Origin: Octopus sinensis
Lineage: Eukaryota
Assembly (NCBI RefSeq): GCF_006345805.1
Contig: NC_042997.1
Location: forward strand, 126,976,001 to 127,040,000
Reading direction: 5' to 3'
Length of the DNA: 64,000 nt
Shown here: positions 50,941 to 64,000 of the stretch, piece by piece
Position numbering within the stretch: position 1 is the stretch's first letter
How the letters are laid out: each line of letters opens with the position of its first letter
Notes under the pieces: model-generated
Database searches by the model: none
Seen by the model: only the letters and a program-made list of their open reading frames with translations
What the model was told of the DNA's origin: nothing
Program-made: the position numbers and the translations under genes

Positions 50941-52129
50941 CTCCGCAACGGACCGGCCTCCCCTTCCAGAAGAACGTCGTGATTTTAGTCACTTATACGC
51001 AATGGACGGGCATGGGTAACCGGCTTCAAGAGTACTAGGATACGGAAAAAGAAAAAAAAATGATATGGTGGTGTTATATCTCGACCGTTTCACGATGTGG
51101 CTTCAGTAAGGCTTCAGTAATGGAGTTATCTGCTCCTGAGTCTACAATTAAGCAGCCGATCATTCAATAGGTACGTGTACCCTTAAAAAAAATTCTTAGG
51201 TTGAATCAGTGTGGCACATTTTGTGAGACAAAGTCGTTTCGTCTTGAATTACATGTAAATTTCACCAGACGGGCTTCTTAGAACAAGCAAGATTTCTATC
51301 CTTGCTTCGTGTGGAACTAAACGCGTGTGCAAACGATGTAAAAGGTAAATGTTCAAAAAAAAAAAAAAAATGAAAAACTAGGAGATAAATAGAATTTGCT
51401 TCAACTGTTAGGGATTTACTGGTTGTTCTCAGATTACAGTGATGCTCTGTAGCAAGATAAACCATCCTACCCGTGCAAGAATACTGTATGCATTTCAGTT
51501 ACTGGACTCCGGCCATGCTGGTACTCTACCTCGCAGAGTGTAGTCAAGCAAATCAACCCTAGTACTTATTTTAAAAGTCTTTTATTTAGTCTATCGATCA
51601 CTTTTGCCGAACCGCTAATTTGCAGGGATAAAAATAAACGAAAAAACGAGAAGTAACCTTCTCGAGTAATGCCGAATCATAAGGATGGTTTTCTCGGTTT
51701 CATGGGGTCCACCGCAGGGTTACTCATTTTTGCCATCTGAATGGATAGGAGCAACGTGAAATGAAATGTGTTGCTGAAGACCACAACGCGTCGTCCGGTC
51801 CAGGAATCGAAATTGCGATCTTACGACCATGAGTCCAATAACTTAACCACTAAGCCACGCTCCTCCACTTAATTTGTGGGGAAGTAAATAAACCAACAAC
51901 GCTGTGACAGAGAACAAACTCAAACACGATGATACACGCACACACTCACACACACAGTTTCTGTCTTCCGAATTCACGCAGAAGAAAGAACTAATTCAAG
52001 GTGCCGCGCAATGGAACTGGACTCGAAGCCATATGACCAGGCCTATGATCTCTAAGAATGACATTTGTAATTTGGTGATAATCTGTTAATGATTAAAACT
52101 AAATACTTAACATACAAAGCAACTATAAA

Positions 52130-52770
52130 TATCTTTTTCTACTCTAGGCAGAAGGCCAGAAATTTTAGGGGAGGGGGTCAGTTGATTAGATCGACCCCAG
52201 TACGCAACAGGTACTTAATTTATCGATCCCGAAAGGATGAAAGGCAAAGTCGACCTCGGCGGAATTTGAGCTCAAAACGTAAAAAGAACCGAAAATACCT
52301 ATTTCTTTACTACCTACAAGGGACTAAGCGCAGAGGGAACAAACAAGGACAGACAAACGGATCAAGTCGATTACATCGACCCCAGTGCGTAACTGGTACT
52401 TATTTAATCGACCCCGAAAGGATGAAAGGCAAAGTCGACCTCGGCGGAATTTGAACTCAGAACGTAGCGGCAGACAAAATACCGCTAAGCATTTCGCCCG
52501 GCGTGCGAACGTTTCTGCCAGCTCGCCGCCTTAAAATATTCTTTTCTACTCTAGGCACAAGGCCAGAAATTTGGGGGAAGGGAGGCCAGTCGATTAGATC
52601 GACACCAGTACGCAACTGTTACTTAATTTATCGACCCTCAAAAGGATGAAAGGCAAAGTCGACCACGGCGGAATTTGACCTCAGATCAATGAATTTGAAC
52701 TCAGATCAGACGAAATATTGCTAAGCATTTCACCCGACGTGCTAACGTTTCTGCCAGCTCGTCGCCTTAA
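52130..52770 (-). mobile_element. Tandem SINE-B dimer plus monomer, both ending in tail 2
   Basis: Heads end at ~52532 and ~52768; tails tttctactctaggca.. at ~52136 and ~52542. Confidence 0.87.
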
Positions 52771-52839
52771 AGCAACAAATATTGGAAAAAATTTTGTTTT
52801 TTAGGTTATATGCTGGGCTTTTTATTCTGGAATGTGTAT

Positions 52840-53215
52840 CTTTTATCTTTTACTTGATTTCAGCTAATATACTGCGGCCATGCTGGGGCATTACCTTGAA
52901 GAATTTTAGTCGAACAAATGGACCCCAGGGTGTTTTTTAATTTTTTTTGAAAGCCTGGTACTTATACTATTCATCTTTTGCCGAACCGCTAAGTTTGCGG
53001 GGGTCAAACACAGACACAAAGACACACACACATACACACTCATACACGCGCGCGGGCGAAGAACTTCTTTTAGTTTCTGTCTACCAAATTCAGTCACATA
53101 TCTTTAGTCGGCCCGAGGTTATAGTAGAAAACACTTGCTCAAGTTCAACGCAGTGAAACTGAACTCGGAACCATGTTGTTGGGAAGCAAGCTTCTTATCA
53201 TACAGCCACGCATGC
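52840..53215 (-). mobile_element. SINE-A
   Basis: Family head, core and tail in reverse orientation. Confidence 0.78.
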
Positions 53216-54049
53216 GCTTGAGTATATCGAAAATTTATTAAATATATTGTTTATACGGACTTCTGAACTATTTTTATCCGTCCTGTTGCGTTCATAACGT
53301 ATGGGTCAACTCGAGCGGAATTGAACATGTAACCTCATAGTTGCAATCTTAACCTTTCGACCGTTCCGACCCCCAAACAGACAGATATAGAAGTAAACTA
53401 AAGCGAAATTTCAGAATAACATCAGCAATTTTAGTGTGGAATCTATAGAAGAAAAAAGTAATAAAAAACATTTATCATTATATCAATGTCATTATATCAA
53501 TCTGATGAATATGGATCAGTAACTTTCAATGACACGCCTTTGGCACTGATCTCAGCCAATCAGTGATTGCCAGTTCACCACATAATTTGATGTCTCTCTT
53601 CAAAGATTCTCTTCAGAAACTTCACGTATGATTGTCGTTATTTTGGCTCTCACACAAAAATTAAATTTTAATGGTCACATGACCTCGTTCACGCGAACCT
53701 AGCAGACACTTGTTGCTAGTGTCGCGTGAATATATAGTTCTTGGCTACTTCCAACTTCTCTTTTTTCTTTTGATCAAATCGTTTTTACAGACACACTGCT
53801 GTTAGTCTATAGTCCATCATAAAAGGCTACATTTGAATTCACACATTTAAATGGAGTCCGTCGCAATGTTGACACATCTCGTATCGGTCGGCCTAACGGT
53901 AAAAGACATTCTCACACAACCTCACACTCTTTCTATTTCTTTGATACTCTCTCATCTCACAAGTTTTAAGCTAGAATCAACTATTGCTAGAAATATTCTG
54001 TATTTCGTATGGATGTTTTCGTGAACAATTTTGTGAATATCAACTACTC

Positions 54050-54209
54050 TTTAAAGTGGTTGAGTGGTAAGAAATTTACTTCCCAGCTACGTGGTTTCGA
54101 GATCGGTCAACTACGCAGCGCCTTGAACAAATGTCTTCTATTATAGCTTCGAGTCAACCAAAACTTTGTGAGTAGATTTGGTAGACGAAAACTGTGCAGA
54201 AGACCGTCA

Positions 54210-54258
<49 letters not shown>

Positions 54259-54680
54259 ATGTGTTTATGAGTATTTATGTTTGTCCTCCAATATCGCTTA
54301 CCAACCCATGTTAAATTGTTTCTGTATTCGTAGATTTGGTGGTTCGGCCAGGCAAAAAAGAATATGTACCAGACTTTATAAATATATAAATACCAAGGTC
54401 GCCTGGCCGACTAAACCCGTCAAGGAGTTGCTCCAGCGTAGCCGCAGTCCAATGACCAGAACAAGCAAAACATAAAAGATAAATGAGAATAAAAAATTCT
54501 TTTATCACGGTGTGGAGTGGCTGTGTGGTAAGTAGCTTGCTTACCAACCACATGGTTCCTGGTTCAGTCCCACTGCGTGGCACTTTGGGCAAGTGTCATC
54601 TACTATAGCCTCGGGCCGACCAAAGCCTTGTGAATGGATTTGGTAGACGGAAACTGAAAGAAGCTCGTCGTATATATGTA
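54050..54680 (+). mobile_element. Two tandem SINE-A copies (diverged full copy, then a head/core half at 54517)
   Basis: Family motifs. Confidence 0.78.
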
Positions 54681-54689
54681 TATATGTTT

Positions 54690-55110
54690 GATGCTATAAT
54701 AAACATCAAACCAAATTTCACAGTCTTCCCCTTCTACCAGTGCAAAGATGCAATATCTCCACAAGAACGTTTAAAGAAAGAAACCTTTTTCATTGAAAAA
54801 TACAGAACAGGTCTTAATATGCACGCATAACCAACTTTTATCTTTTTACATATTTCAATTCACGATTACATCACTGTACATAAATCCCCTCACTAAACAA
54901 GGTTTTCAAAATTTGTTTTTGTCTGTACATATATATTCCTCTCCCATCACTGAAAGCTGAACAGTTATCTCCCTTACCCACAACAATAACGATAACCAAT
55001 TACCTCCCCTTATTTATCTACTTGTGGAGTCATTCACTCGTAAATATCCACACACACAAGGACAAAATTTCTTCTTAAGAAAAAATACATATTCAAATAA
55101 GTAAAACATA
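54690..55110 (+). pseudogene. Penelope-like element 3' end (GIY-YIG endonuclease C-terminus and 3' tract)
   Basis: FTVFPFYQC..ERLKKETFFIEKYRTGLN* matches the R..xE..FI......LN GIY-YIG terminus. Confidence 0.6.
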
Positions 55111-55382
55111 ATATCATGAATAGCGATAGCAAACCGGTCGATATACTAAAAATTATATTAAAACTATGTAAATGTGCGTATTTTCCTCTTTTAAATTTCA
55201 TTTATATATATATATTATATCATATTTTATATTATATATATATATATATTATATATATATATATATATATAGTATATATATATATATGTATAATATGTAT
55301 GTATGTATATTATATATGTATGCATATATGTATATATATATGTATATATATATACATATATACCACAACCACACACACACAC

Positions 55383-55432
<50 letters not shown>

Positions 55433-56079
55433 TGATGTTTGTTTCTATTTCAGTTACATACATTCATGTATAAGAATTATATTTATGCGTGTGTGATATA
55501 CGTATAAATATACCTGCCTTTGCACTTGTGTTTGTCCCCTTCGCCACACGACAACCAGAGTTGGTTTGTTTCCGTCCCTGCAATCTACCGTTCGACTACA
55601 TTTTTTAAGGCTGTACCTCAGTATGGTTGCAGTTCAGTAACTGCTGGAACAAACAAAACATGTGCGGGGTAACTAAAGTCATTGACTTCAGGCGGCTTTC
55701 GTATGTATGAATGTCATTATTCAGTTTTATTTCAAGATTTCTTGCCAATAGAGAAAAAGCCGGTTTCTAACCTAGATCGAAGTCTCCTTCATTGGAATTT
55801 CAACATCATCAACAGGGTATTTTTACATGTATGTATGTATGTATGTATGTATGTATGTATGTATGTATGTATGTATGTATGGATGGATGGATGGATGCAC
55901 GCATGCATGTATGTATGCATGTAAGTGTGTATGTATGTGCTTGTATTTGTATATGTATGTGTGTATGTGTGTGTATGCACATACGTATGCATTTGTATAT
56001 AGATGTGAACGGTACAAACGAAAATTTACAGTTATGTTCCAAGAGCAGGAGAGTTCCATTTTATTTCACCATAAATGTT

Positions 56080-56600
56080 CTCCTTTTTGTGAGTCATTCA
56101 CCTCCGCTGGACAGCTGATCCCTACAACTGTGCATGACTTTTGATCCCTGTTCCACTCAACTATATCAGGTCTGCTGTGTTTGCACAGAATTTCTGTTAT
56201 TATTTGAGCGTTCCAGCCGTATTTCTAATTTTTAAGGTGTGATTATATTCTGGTTCTGATATGCATTTGATGTATATATCCATCAGGGCAATCCTTCTTG
56301 CTGATAGCGTTGTAAATATTCTTTGCAACTAACTATACCATGCTTCAGGGGTAGGTCGCATCCCGTTGACATTTGGGGGCAGCTGCTGATGATGTGGGTA
56401 ATATGTTCCACACTGGTATAATATAGCCAACATTCTCTATCACAGCACGCAGGCATGGTAGTATGTTTGTCTGCCTTGTTTACCAGGTATTTAATTGATG
56501 TTTCCTGTTCCAGGATAGAAAAGGTATATCTTTTCAGGTGGAATACAATGTATCAATCACAACTTCAAGATAGGCTTCTCTTCTTGTCAAAGCTGCTGTA
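56080..56600 (-). pseudogene. R4/Dong-like RLE LINE fragment
   Basis: Minus strand VEHITHIISSCPQMS..LPLKHGIV, NIYNAISKKDCP, KHSRPDIVEWNRDQK, ISCPAEVN. Confidence 0.75.
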
Positions 56601-56608
56601 ATCCTGTT

Positions 56609-57090
56609 ATGTATGTATGTATTCAGGTATGTATGTATGTACGTATGTATCTATGTTTCTATGTATATATGCATGTATATATGTATGTACGTACGTATGT
56701 GTGTAGGTATGTGTGTATGTGTGTATGTATGTATGTATGTATGTATGTATGTATGTATGTATGTATGTATGTGTGTGTGCATGTATGTATGTATGTATGC
56801 AGGCATGTATGTATGTACGTATATATATATGTATGTATCTATGTATATATGTATGTATATATGTATGTACGTACGTATGTGTGTAGGTATGTGTGTATGT
56901 ATGTTAGTATGTATGTATGTGTGCATGTATGTATATATGTATGTACGTACGGATGTGTGTATGTATGTGTGTATGTGTGTATGTATGTATGTACGTATGT
57001 ATGTATGTATGTATGTATGTATGTATGTATGTATGTATGTATGTGTGCAATTATGTATGTATGTTTGTATGCATGCATGTATGTATGGAT
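56609..57090. repeat. (TATG)n microsatellite
   Basis: Direct. Confidence 0.95.
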
Positions 57091-57319
57091 TAATGTACAA
57101 AGAGTTACAATGGAAATAGGATATTGCTCTATTAGGCTAAAAATGAAATTTTGTATTACATCTTAAAGTTTGGGGAATAGTGTGTGTACTAACTAGATAA
57201 TGGAAAGATAATGGAAAAAATATTCGGTTGCAAGTATTTTCAATAATAACTCGTGACGCTTGTAACTCCAAATAACAACAGTCACAACAATAACAACAAC
57301 AATAATAATGAGGATAACT

Positions 57320-57373
<54 letters not shown>

Positions 57374-57598
57374 ATTGTTACGAGCTCTAATATCAATTTT
57401 ATTTGTTCATTTATGTAACTAGTATTACATTATTATTAATATACAAATATAAGCTTTTCTGTGGATTCCATATTAAAATAACTGATATTATCTTCCTGAA
57501 TCCCGTTATATTTTAGTTTTACTTTTAGCCATTATCAATTATTACTAGAACTTTCTGAAAAATTTACACATATCAGAGATTTTGCAAGTTTAATTATT

Positions 57599-58012
57599 TA
57601 ATGGTGCCGGTATAGTATGTGATCTGCAGCAACTTAAATCTAGACTAGCTTGTGATCTTCATTCAAAATTTTATCATAAATTTGCAGTTATAATTAGAGG
57701 AGTGAGTTAAATAAGGCTTTCATAGCGTCGGAGAAATTCTGTTGCAGATTCTTCATCTTGAATAACCTGTGTGTAAAATTCTTTTGCTGTCATCACGCCT
57801 TCTTTCAATAGGCTCAGGTCTAAAAATGTTTAAATCATAAAAGTTTTTTTGGTTTATATACCGAACCGTCCGGAAGTCGATTAAATAGATGAATTTTAAA
57901 TGTAGTTCAAAAAGTCGGTGTAGATCACAAACTATACCATTTAAATTAATGTCGCTCACAAGCTATACCAGAAACATGTATGTAAATCACATATTACACC
58001 GGCACCCATTTA
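57599..58012. mobile_element. MITE with ~30 bp imperfect TIRs
   Basis: taatggtgccggtatagtatgtgatc versus aatcacatattacaccggcacccattta. Confidence 0.6.
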
Positions 58013-58028
58013 ATTTTACTTTTATCTG

Positions 58029-58181
58029 TGTTGTGTGGACGGCCCCAGACGACGAAGTAGGCTAGCCCAATACGTAGATATAACGGGAGAAGTCTAGACG
58101 TCAGAAAAGAGTAGAATAGAGAGTGTCAAGTTGAGTAGTAGAGGCATCCGAATGTGCGACAAAACAGTGGCGACGAGGATG
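58029..58181 (+). mobile_element. Short 5' LTR (TG..CA) plus primer-binding site of a Gypsy-like LTR element
   Basis: tgttgtgtgg..cgacaaaaca (58029-58166), then tggcgacgaggatg (58168-58181), complementary to the 3' end of tRNA-Ser(GCU). Confidence 0.6.
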
Positions 58182-58851
58182 AGGTTTTTACACAGCCACT
58201 GTGTAGTATTGCAACATAACAATGTTAAAATATGACTTTTCAAATATCACAGAGATCGACTTTGCTTGTCGCTCTTTCGTGGGCGATAAAATGACTAATA
58301 GTTGAGAACTGGAACTGATGTAATCGATTTCCCATCTCCTCGAAAAATTGCTGACTTTGTACCGAAAATTAGGAAGAATTATTACAGGCCTATCAAACAC
58401 TGTGTTCAACCGCCTCCAGATATATTACGATCAAACCTATCTTCCACATTAGTCTTCATCTTGTTGTCTTTCATCTCTCAATATGCTTTAACTATGTTAA
58501 CTTTAGTGAAATCTTCGCTTATCAATATTTTTTGTTGTATCATTTTCTACGGTCTAGCCAATAAATTCGGATTCTCTTTAGAATCTTCCTTTTAGAGATG
58601 ACAAATCTTCATTTCAGTAATGTTTGAGCAAAACAGCTTTGAAGTTACTTTCACATTTTTAACAAAAGTTATATTGCATTGAGGTTTTCTAATTTAATGG
58701 ATTTGTTTTTTATTGAAATATTAAAAAAATTTTATAGTATTACGTCTTTTTGAACAAGAATACTATTGACAGTGGCTTCGATTCGGCTATTTAAGCCATT
58801 GTCGGACAATACACACATGTATAGGTATGTTTGCGTACTTATATATTGTTA

Positions 58852-59436
58852 TTTCTTTATTGCTCACAATGGGCTAAACATAGAGGGAACAAACAAGGAC
58901 AGACAAAGGGATTAAGTCGATTACACCGACCCCAGTGCGTAACTGGTACTTAATTTATCGACCCCCATAAGGATGAAAGGCAAAGTCGACCTCGGCGGAA
59001 TTTGAACTCAGAACGTAACGGCAGACGAAATACCTATTTCTTTACTACCCACAAGGGGCTAAACATAGAGTGGACAAACAAGGACAGACAAACGGATTAA
59101 GTCAATTACATCGACCCCAGTGCGTAACTGGTACTTAATTTATCGACCCCGAAAAGATGAAAGGCAAAGTCGACCTCGGTGGAATTTGAACTCAGAACAT
59201 AGCGGCAGACGAAATACCTATTTCTTTACCACCCACAAGGGGATAAACACAGAGAGGACAAACAAGGACAGACACACGGAATAAAGTCGATTATATCGAC
59301 CCCAGTGCGTAACTGGTACTTATTTAATCGACCCCGAAAGGTTTAAAGGCAATTTGAACTCAGAACGTAGCGGCAGACGAAATACCGCTCAGCATTTCGC
59401 CCGGCGTGCTAACGTTTCTGCCAGCTCGCCGCCTTA
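58852..59436 (-). mobile_element. SINE-B trimer with terminal Tx1-like tail and 11 bp TSD
   Basis: atatattgtta at 58841-58851 and 59437-59447; 184 bp period (59031, 59215). Confidence 0.92.
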
Positions 59437-59945
59437 ATATATTGTTAGTCTTCTGTGTACATAAAGATGTGCGATTGTTGCTGCTGGTGTGTTTAGAGCT
59501 CCATCTAGATTATCATCGTCCTGTTTGCTTCCAGTATAGTAGTTTAGCTACTACTATTCTTAGTCGTATTACTTGTTATGACATACAGGGCAAATGTAGA
59601 AGAAATAAAGGTAAACATAGATTTGTACCATTTGTCCGTATGTACTTTTCAACCTTCGTGGTATATTGGAATTTGCATTGAACGTTCCCTTTGCAATGAC
59701 GGCCTTACCACATCGGATCATCAGGGGACACTTTATTGCATTGTTTGTGCCCCGATGTTTGTTCCCCGATGATCCGTTGTGTTAAGCATCCAGTTGCAAT
59801 TGAAATATCCAATGCTGAGTTCCCAAACGATCACATTGCTGAAATGTACGTAAGAGCAAAATATATAAACGGATATTTATAGTAATCTCTACTTTACACA
59901 TGCATTCACACCTACATATACACGTGTTGACACATACATATATAC

Positions 59946-59991
<46 letters not shown>

Positions 59992-60533
59992 ATATATATA
60001 TAATATATTATATAATATAATACGTATATATATATACACACACATGCATATATGTGTGTGTATATATAGATAGATAGATAAATATATCAGTGTGTATGTG
60101 TACATGCGTAGGCGTGTGTAAGAATGCATGCATGCATGGAACTGTTTGATTACGAAATGCTATGTTTCGCTCTTTTGATCGTATCAAACGAATGTTAAAT
60201 TAGAAAAAGTTAAAGAACGTATAGTTTATATATCTTTCCGCGGAGAAGTTCTCAAAGGAAAAGTTTGAGGTCAGATAAAGGGGAAAAAATAAAAAAGAAA
60301 AGTGATAAGTAAGTTTTTAACTAGAAAACCCCGTTGAATTTCGTCGGTTATTTTGAAAAAGAAAATGTAAGAATTTTCTGTAAAATAAGTGAAATACAGA
60401 ATTTCTTTTGAAGTATTTGATTTTTGGGTTAGTACAAAATCCATATAATTAGTATTTAGTGACGACACATACACACATATATATATTTATGTATATAAAT
60501 ATGAATATATATATGTATATATATATATATACA

Positions 60534-60596
<63 letters not shown>

Positions 60597-60654
60597 ATAT
60601 ATATGTATATATATTATATATCATATATATATACATATAATGTATATACATATC

Positions 60655-60686
<32 letters not shown>

Positions 60687-60829
60687 CCACCCACCCATAT
60701 ATGCATATGTTTATAGATGTATGTATGCATGAATGTATGTATGTATGTATGTATGTATGTATGTATGTATGTATGTATGTATATGTATGTATGCGTGCGC
60801 GTGTTTCTGTGTAGAGAAATTTCGATAAG

Positions 60830-61060
60830 CAGAAGTTTATATCATACTTACGCGATTGCGAGAACACTTGTGAAACCATACAGTGTATGTTGCTGTGTAG
60901 TTATCACCCCTTTTACCCGGGAACTCTTATATATTATTTTTATGTTCACCTCAATTATGGAACCAAATCTTAGACATGTTCTATCTATGATAGTAATCGA
61001 CTGCAGTACGACTATGCTGGTAAAGATTTTACTATTCTGGATCCACTAAACAACATTCTT
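60830..61060 (-). pseudogene. Possible old L1/Tx1 RT relic
   Basis: Minus strand QNSKIFTSI..LRFG..IKIIYKS resembles DQSKAFDRV..L.RFGF..WIKILY. Confidence 0.35.
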
Positions 61061-61214
61061 ATTTTCATATAACGACGAATCCACAGTCCCAGTCAATAAA
61101 CTACAGTAGCTGCCTCACTGAGCAGTGGGTGTTTAAATATATACATAAATACAATGAATATTCAAATAAATAGGTAAATACGTAATACATATGTACATGT
61201 TCTTAGGCACAGGA

Positions 61215-61411
61215 GTGGTTGTGTGGTAAGCAGCTTGCTTACCAGCCACATGGTTCCGGGTTCAGTCCCACTGCGTGGCACCTTGGGCAAGTGTCTTCTA
61301 CGATAGACTTGGTCCGACCAAATCCTTGTGAGTGGATTTGGTAGACGAAAACTGAAAGAAGTCCGTTGTACATATATATATATATATATTATATATATAT
61401 ATAATATATAT

Positions 61412-61472
<61 letters not shown>

Positions 61473-61680
61473 ATGTTTGTGTGTCTGTGTTAGTCCCCCC
61501 TAACATCACTTGAAAACCGATGATGGTGTGTTTATGTCCCTGTAACTTGGCGATTCGGCAAAAGAGACCGATAGAATAAATACTAGGCTTCCAAAGAATA
61601 AGTCCTGGGATCGATTTGCTCGACTAAAGGCGGTGCTCCAGTATAGCCGCAGTCAAATGACTGAAGCAAGTAAAAAAGTA
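61215..61680 (+). mobile_element. SINE-A, full length
   Basis: Head, core, TA/TG spacer and tail. Confidence 0.88.
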
Positions 61681-61809
61681 TGTATAAACGGATAATGGAT
61701 TAGTAAAACTGTATAATATTTACGGAGTATGGCCAACATTTGCTTCCGCTGAAAAGTACATATTTGGTTTCCCAACAAAATATAATGTATAAAATTAATG
61801 TATGTGTGT

Positions 61810-61874
<65 letters not shown>

Positions 61875-63046
61875 TGTGTGTGTGTGTGTATAAACAATAG
61901 TAATAACAACACCAACGATAATAATAATGATTATCTCTATCCCGTGGGAAGAACCTCGTGATTTAATGTAGATTTAATAATCTAGTGTTACCTGCTGCTG
62001 TATCTATACAACTTTAGATTAAACTGTGATAGCAGTTGCTAACTCTTTTAAACCACCTCTGGTTTTGTCTTTCTACATCCACTTAACTCCCTTGACATGT
62101 CCCTCTTTAAGTTTATCGTCTAGATTCTAGACGATTCTAGACACTAGAATCACATATTACCTTAATAATATGTCTGTATGTATGTATGTATGTATGATGT
62201 TATGTATGTATGTATGTATGTATGTATGTATGTAGGTATGTATGTATGCATGCATGTATATATGTATCTATGTATGTATATATGTATATATGTATGTATG
62301 ATGTAGTATGTATGTATGTATGTAGGTATGTATGTATGTATGTATGTATCTATATCAATCTAAATATATATATATATATATTATATATATATCTATATAT
62401 ATATATATATCATATATATATATATATATAATAGATAAAACTCCACCTTTAAATTCTCTGCATCAAGCTCTGAAGGGTAAGCATTTTTTTACCCTGATGA
62501 TACTGGCTCGATACATCCATTGTTTTATTTATTTGATTCCATTACTGGCTGCCTATTTTGGTGAACTACATCTACCAGCATTTTGATAGATCTCTGAGCA
62601 TCCAGAAACACCTGCTGGACTTATAACACCTTACTTCCTCCTCCTTTAATTTTCTCTGTCGTTTGTGGTCTGTGTAAATTTGGTACATTAATAAATGAAT
62701 ATCTATATATTTATTCTTAAATATTCATCGTCTTGAAATCTTCAGTCTTTGCTCTCTTTCTGCTTTTATTTATACATCCATCCATCCATCCATCCATCCA
62801 TCCATACATACATACATACATACATACATACATACATACATACATACTTACATACATACATACACGTGCGCTTGCGTGAGCGCGCGTAGACAACGTGAGC
62901 GTTCTAACAACGGACAACGACACCACTCTGGCAAAACAGAATTAATACACACACACACACACACACATACACACACACAAGCGTGTGTATGTATGTATGT
63001 ATATATATATATACATATATATGTGTGTGTATGTATATATATATAT

Positions 63047-63085
<39 letters not shown>

Positions 63086-63307
63086 TATATTGATTATACA
63101 CACACACGCACATCACTTAATTTTAAAATATTTATTTATCAATCAATTGTTGTATGAATAACATAGATATAGGTATACAACAAATTATGTTTTTAATTTC
63201 GTTCTGTAGGTCGTAGCAGAATAATATTATAGATAAGGATGTTTTCTCTCTCGTTATATTAAAGTTCCAGCGTGTTTCATTTCAAAAAGATAAAGATGCA
63301 AATGAAA

Positions 63308-63448
63308 GAAGAAGAAGAAGAAGAAGAAGAAGAAGAAGAAGAAGAAGAAGAAGAAGAAGAAGAAGAAGAAGAAGAAGAAGAAGAAGAAGAAGAAGAAGAA
63401 GAAGAAGAAGAAGAAGAAGAAGAAGATGATGATGATGATATTGATGAT
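63308..63448. repeat. (GAA)n then (GAT)n microsatellite
   Basis: Direct. Confidence 0.95.
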
Positions 63449-63699
63449 GGAGATTACTTTTAAATAAAGCGAGAACCTCGTGAGAAAGAAAAATAACAGA
63501 GTTGAGTCAGAATTAACGCTATTTAGATATATAATCCTTTGTACTATGGACAAATGGCTTGAAATTTGTGGTGAGTGAGAGGACAATTACGCTGACCACA
63601 GTGTTCGACTGGTACTTATTTCATCAACCGTGAAAGGATGAAAGGCAAAATTAACCTCGGCGATATTAGAATATATGATGAATTCTTTTAGTCTCTCTT

Positions 63700-63920
63700 T
63701 TACTCTTTTACTTGTTTTAGTCATTTGACTGCGGCCATGCTGGAGCACCACCTTTAGTCGAGCAAATCGACCCCAGGACTTATTCTTTGTAAGCCTGATA
63801 CTTATTCTATCGCACTCTTTTGCTGAACCGCTAAGTTACGGGGACGTAAACACACCAGCATCGGTTGTCAAGCGATGTTGGGGGACAAATACACACATAC
63901 AAACACACACACACACATAT

Positions 63921-63960
<40 letters not shown>

Positions 63961-64000
63961 TACGACGGGCTTCTTTCAGTTTCCGTCTACCAAATCCACT
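63700..64000 (-). mobile_element. SINE-A, cut by the window edge
   Basis: Tail, spacer and core present; head lies beyond 64000. Confidence 0.87.

Noticed and set aside
51269-51344. 76 bp candidate exon with two open frames (..CGTKRVCKRCK or TGFLEQARF..)
   Set aside because: Frame is ambiguous, there is no homology, and no partner exons were found.
58852-59436. Regular ~184 bp repeats as a CRISPR-like or satellite array
   Set aside because: Units are SINE monomers with no unique spacers, and the sequence is eukaryotic.
60852-61045. 194 bp minus-strand open frame with GTAAGT donor
   Set aside because: Better explained as a decayed L1/Tx1 RT segment.
63272-63463. Poly-Glu/Asp 63 aa ORF
   Set aside because: Pure (GAA)n(GAT)n microsatellite with no supporting splice structure or homology.

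Overview
AT-rich, repeat-saturated eukaryotic DNA. The SINE families and microsatellites match coleoid cephalopod (Octopus-like) genomes; this is recognised from memory, not from a search. No intact host gene, tRNA, rRNA or CRISPR array is supported, and nearly all ORF-track entries are microsatellite read-throughs. The dominant feature is a near full-length, lightly decayed Tx1/L1-clade LINE (~2124-8240, +) sitting inside a (TATC)n microsatellite. It has a frameshifted ORF1 with a zinc knuckle and an APE-RT-CCHC ORF2 with one frameshift and two stops. The best lead is that the last ~43 nt of this LINE match (36/43) the 3' tail of the most abundant tRNA-derived SINE here (SINE-B). SINE-B forms 2-3-unit multimers, has 9-11 bp TSDs and carries alternative tails, suggesting a Tx1-dependent, tail-sharing SINE/LINE partnership. 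Also present: relics of R4/Dong-like, CR1-like, Penelope-like (with hammerhead-like cores, two as palindromes), mariner, maT, Helitron and Gypsy elements; seven foldback/MITE elements; a 79-bp templated insertion; and a ~660-bp tandem triplication.
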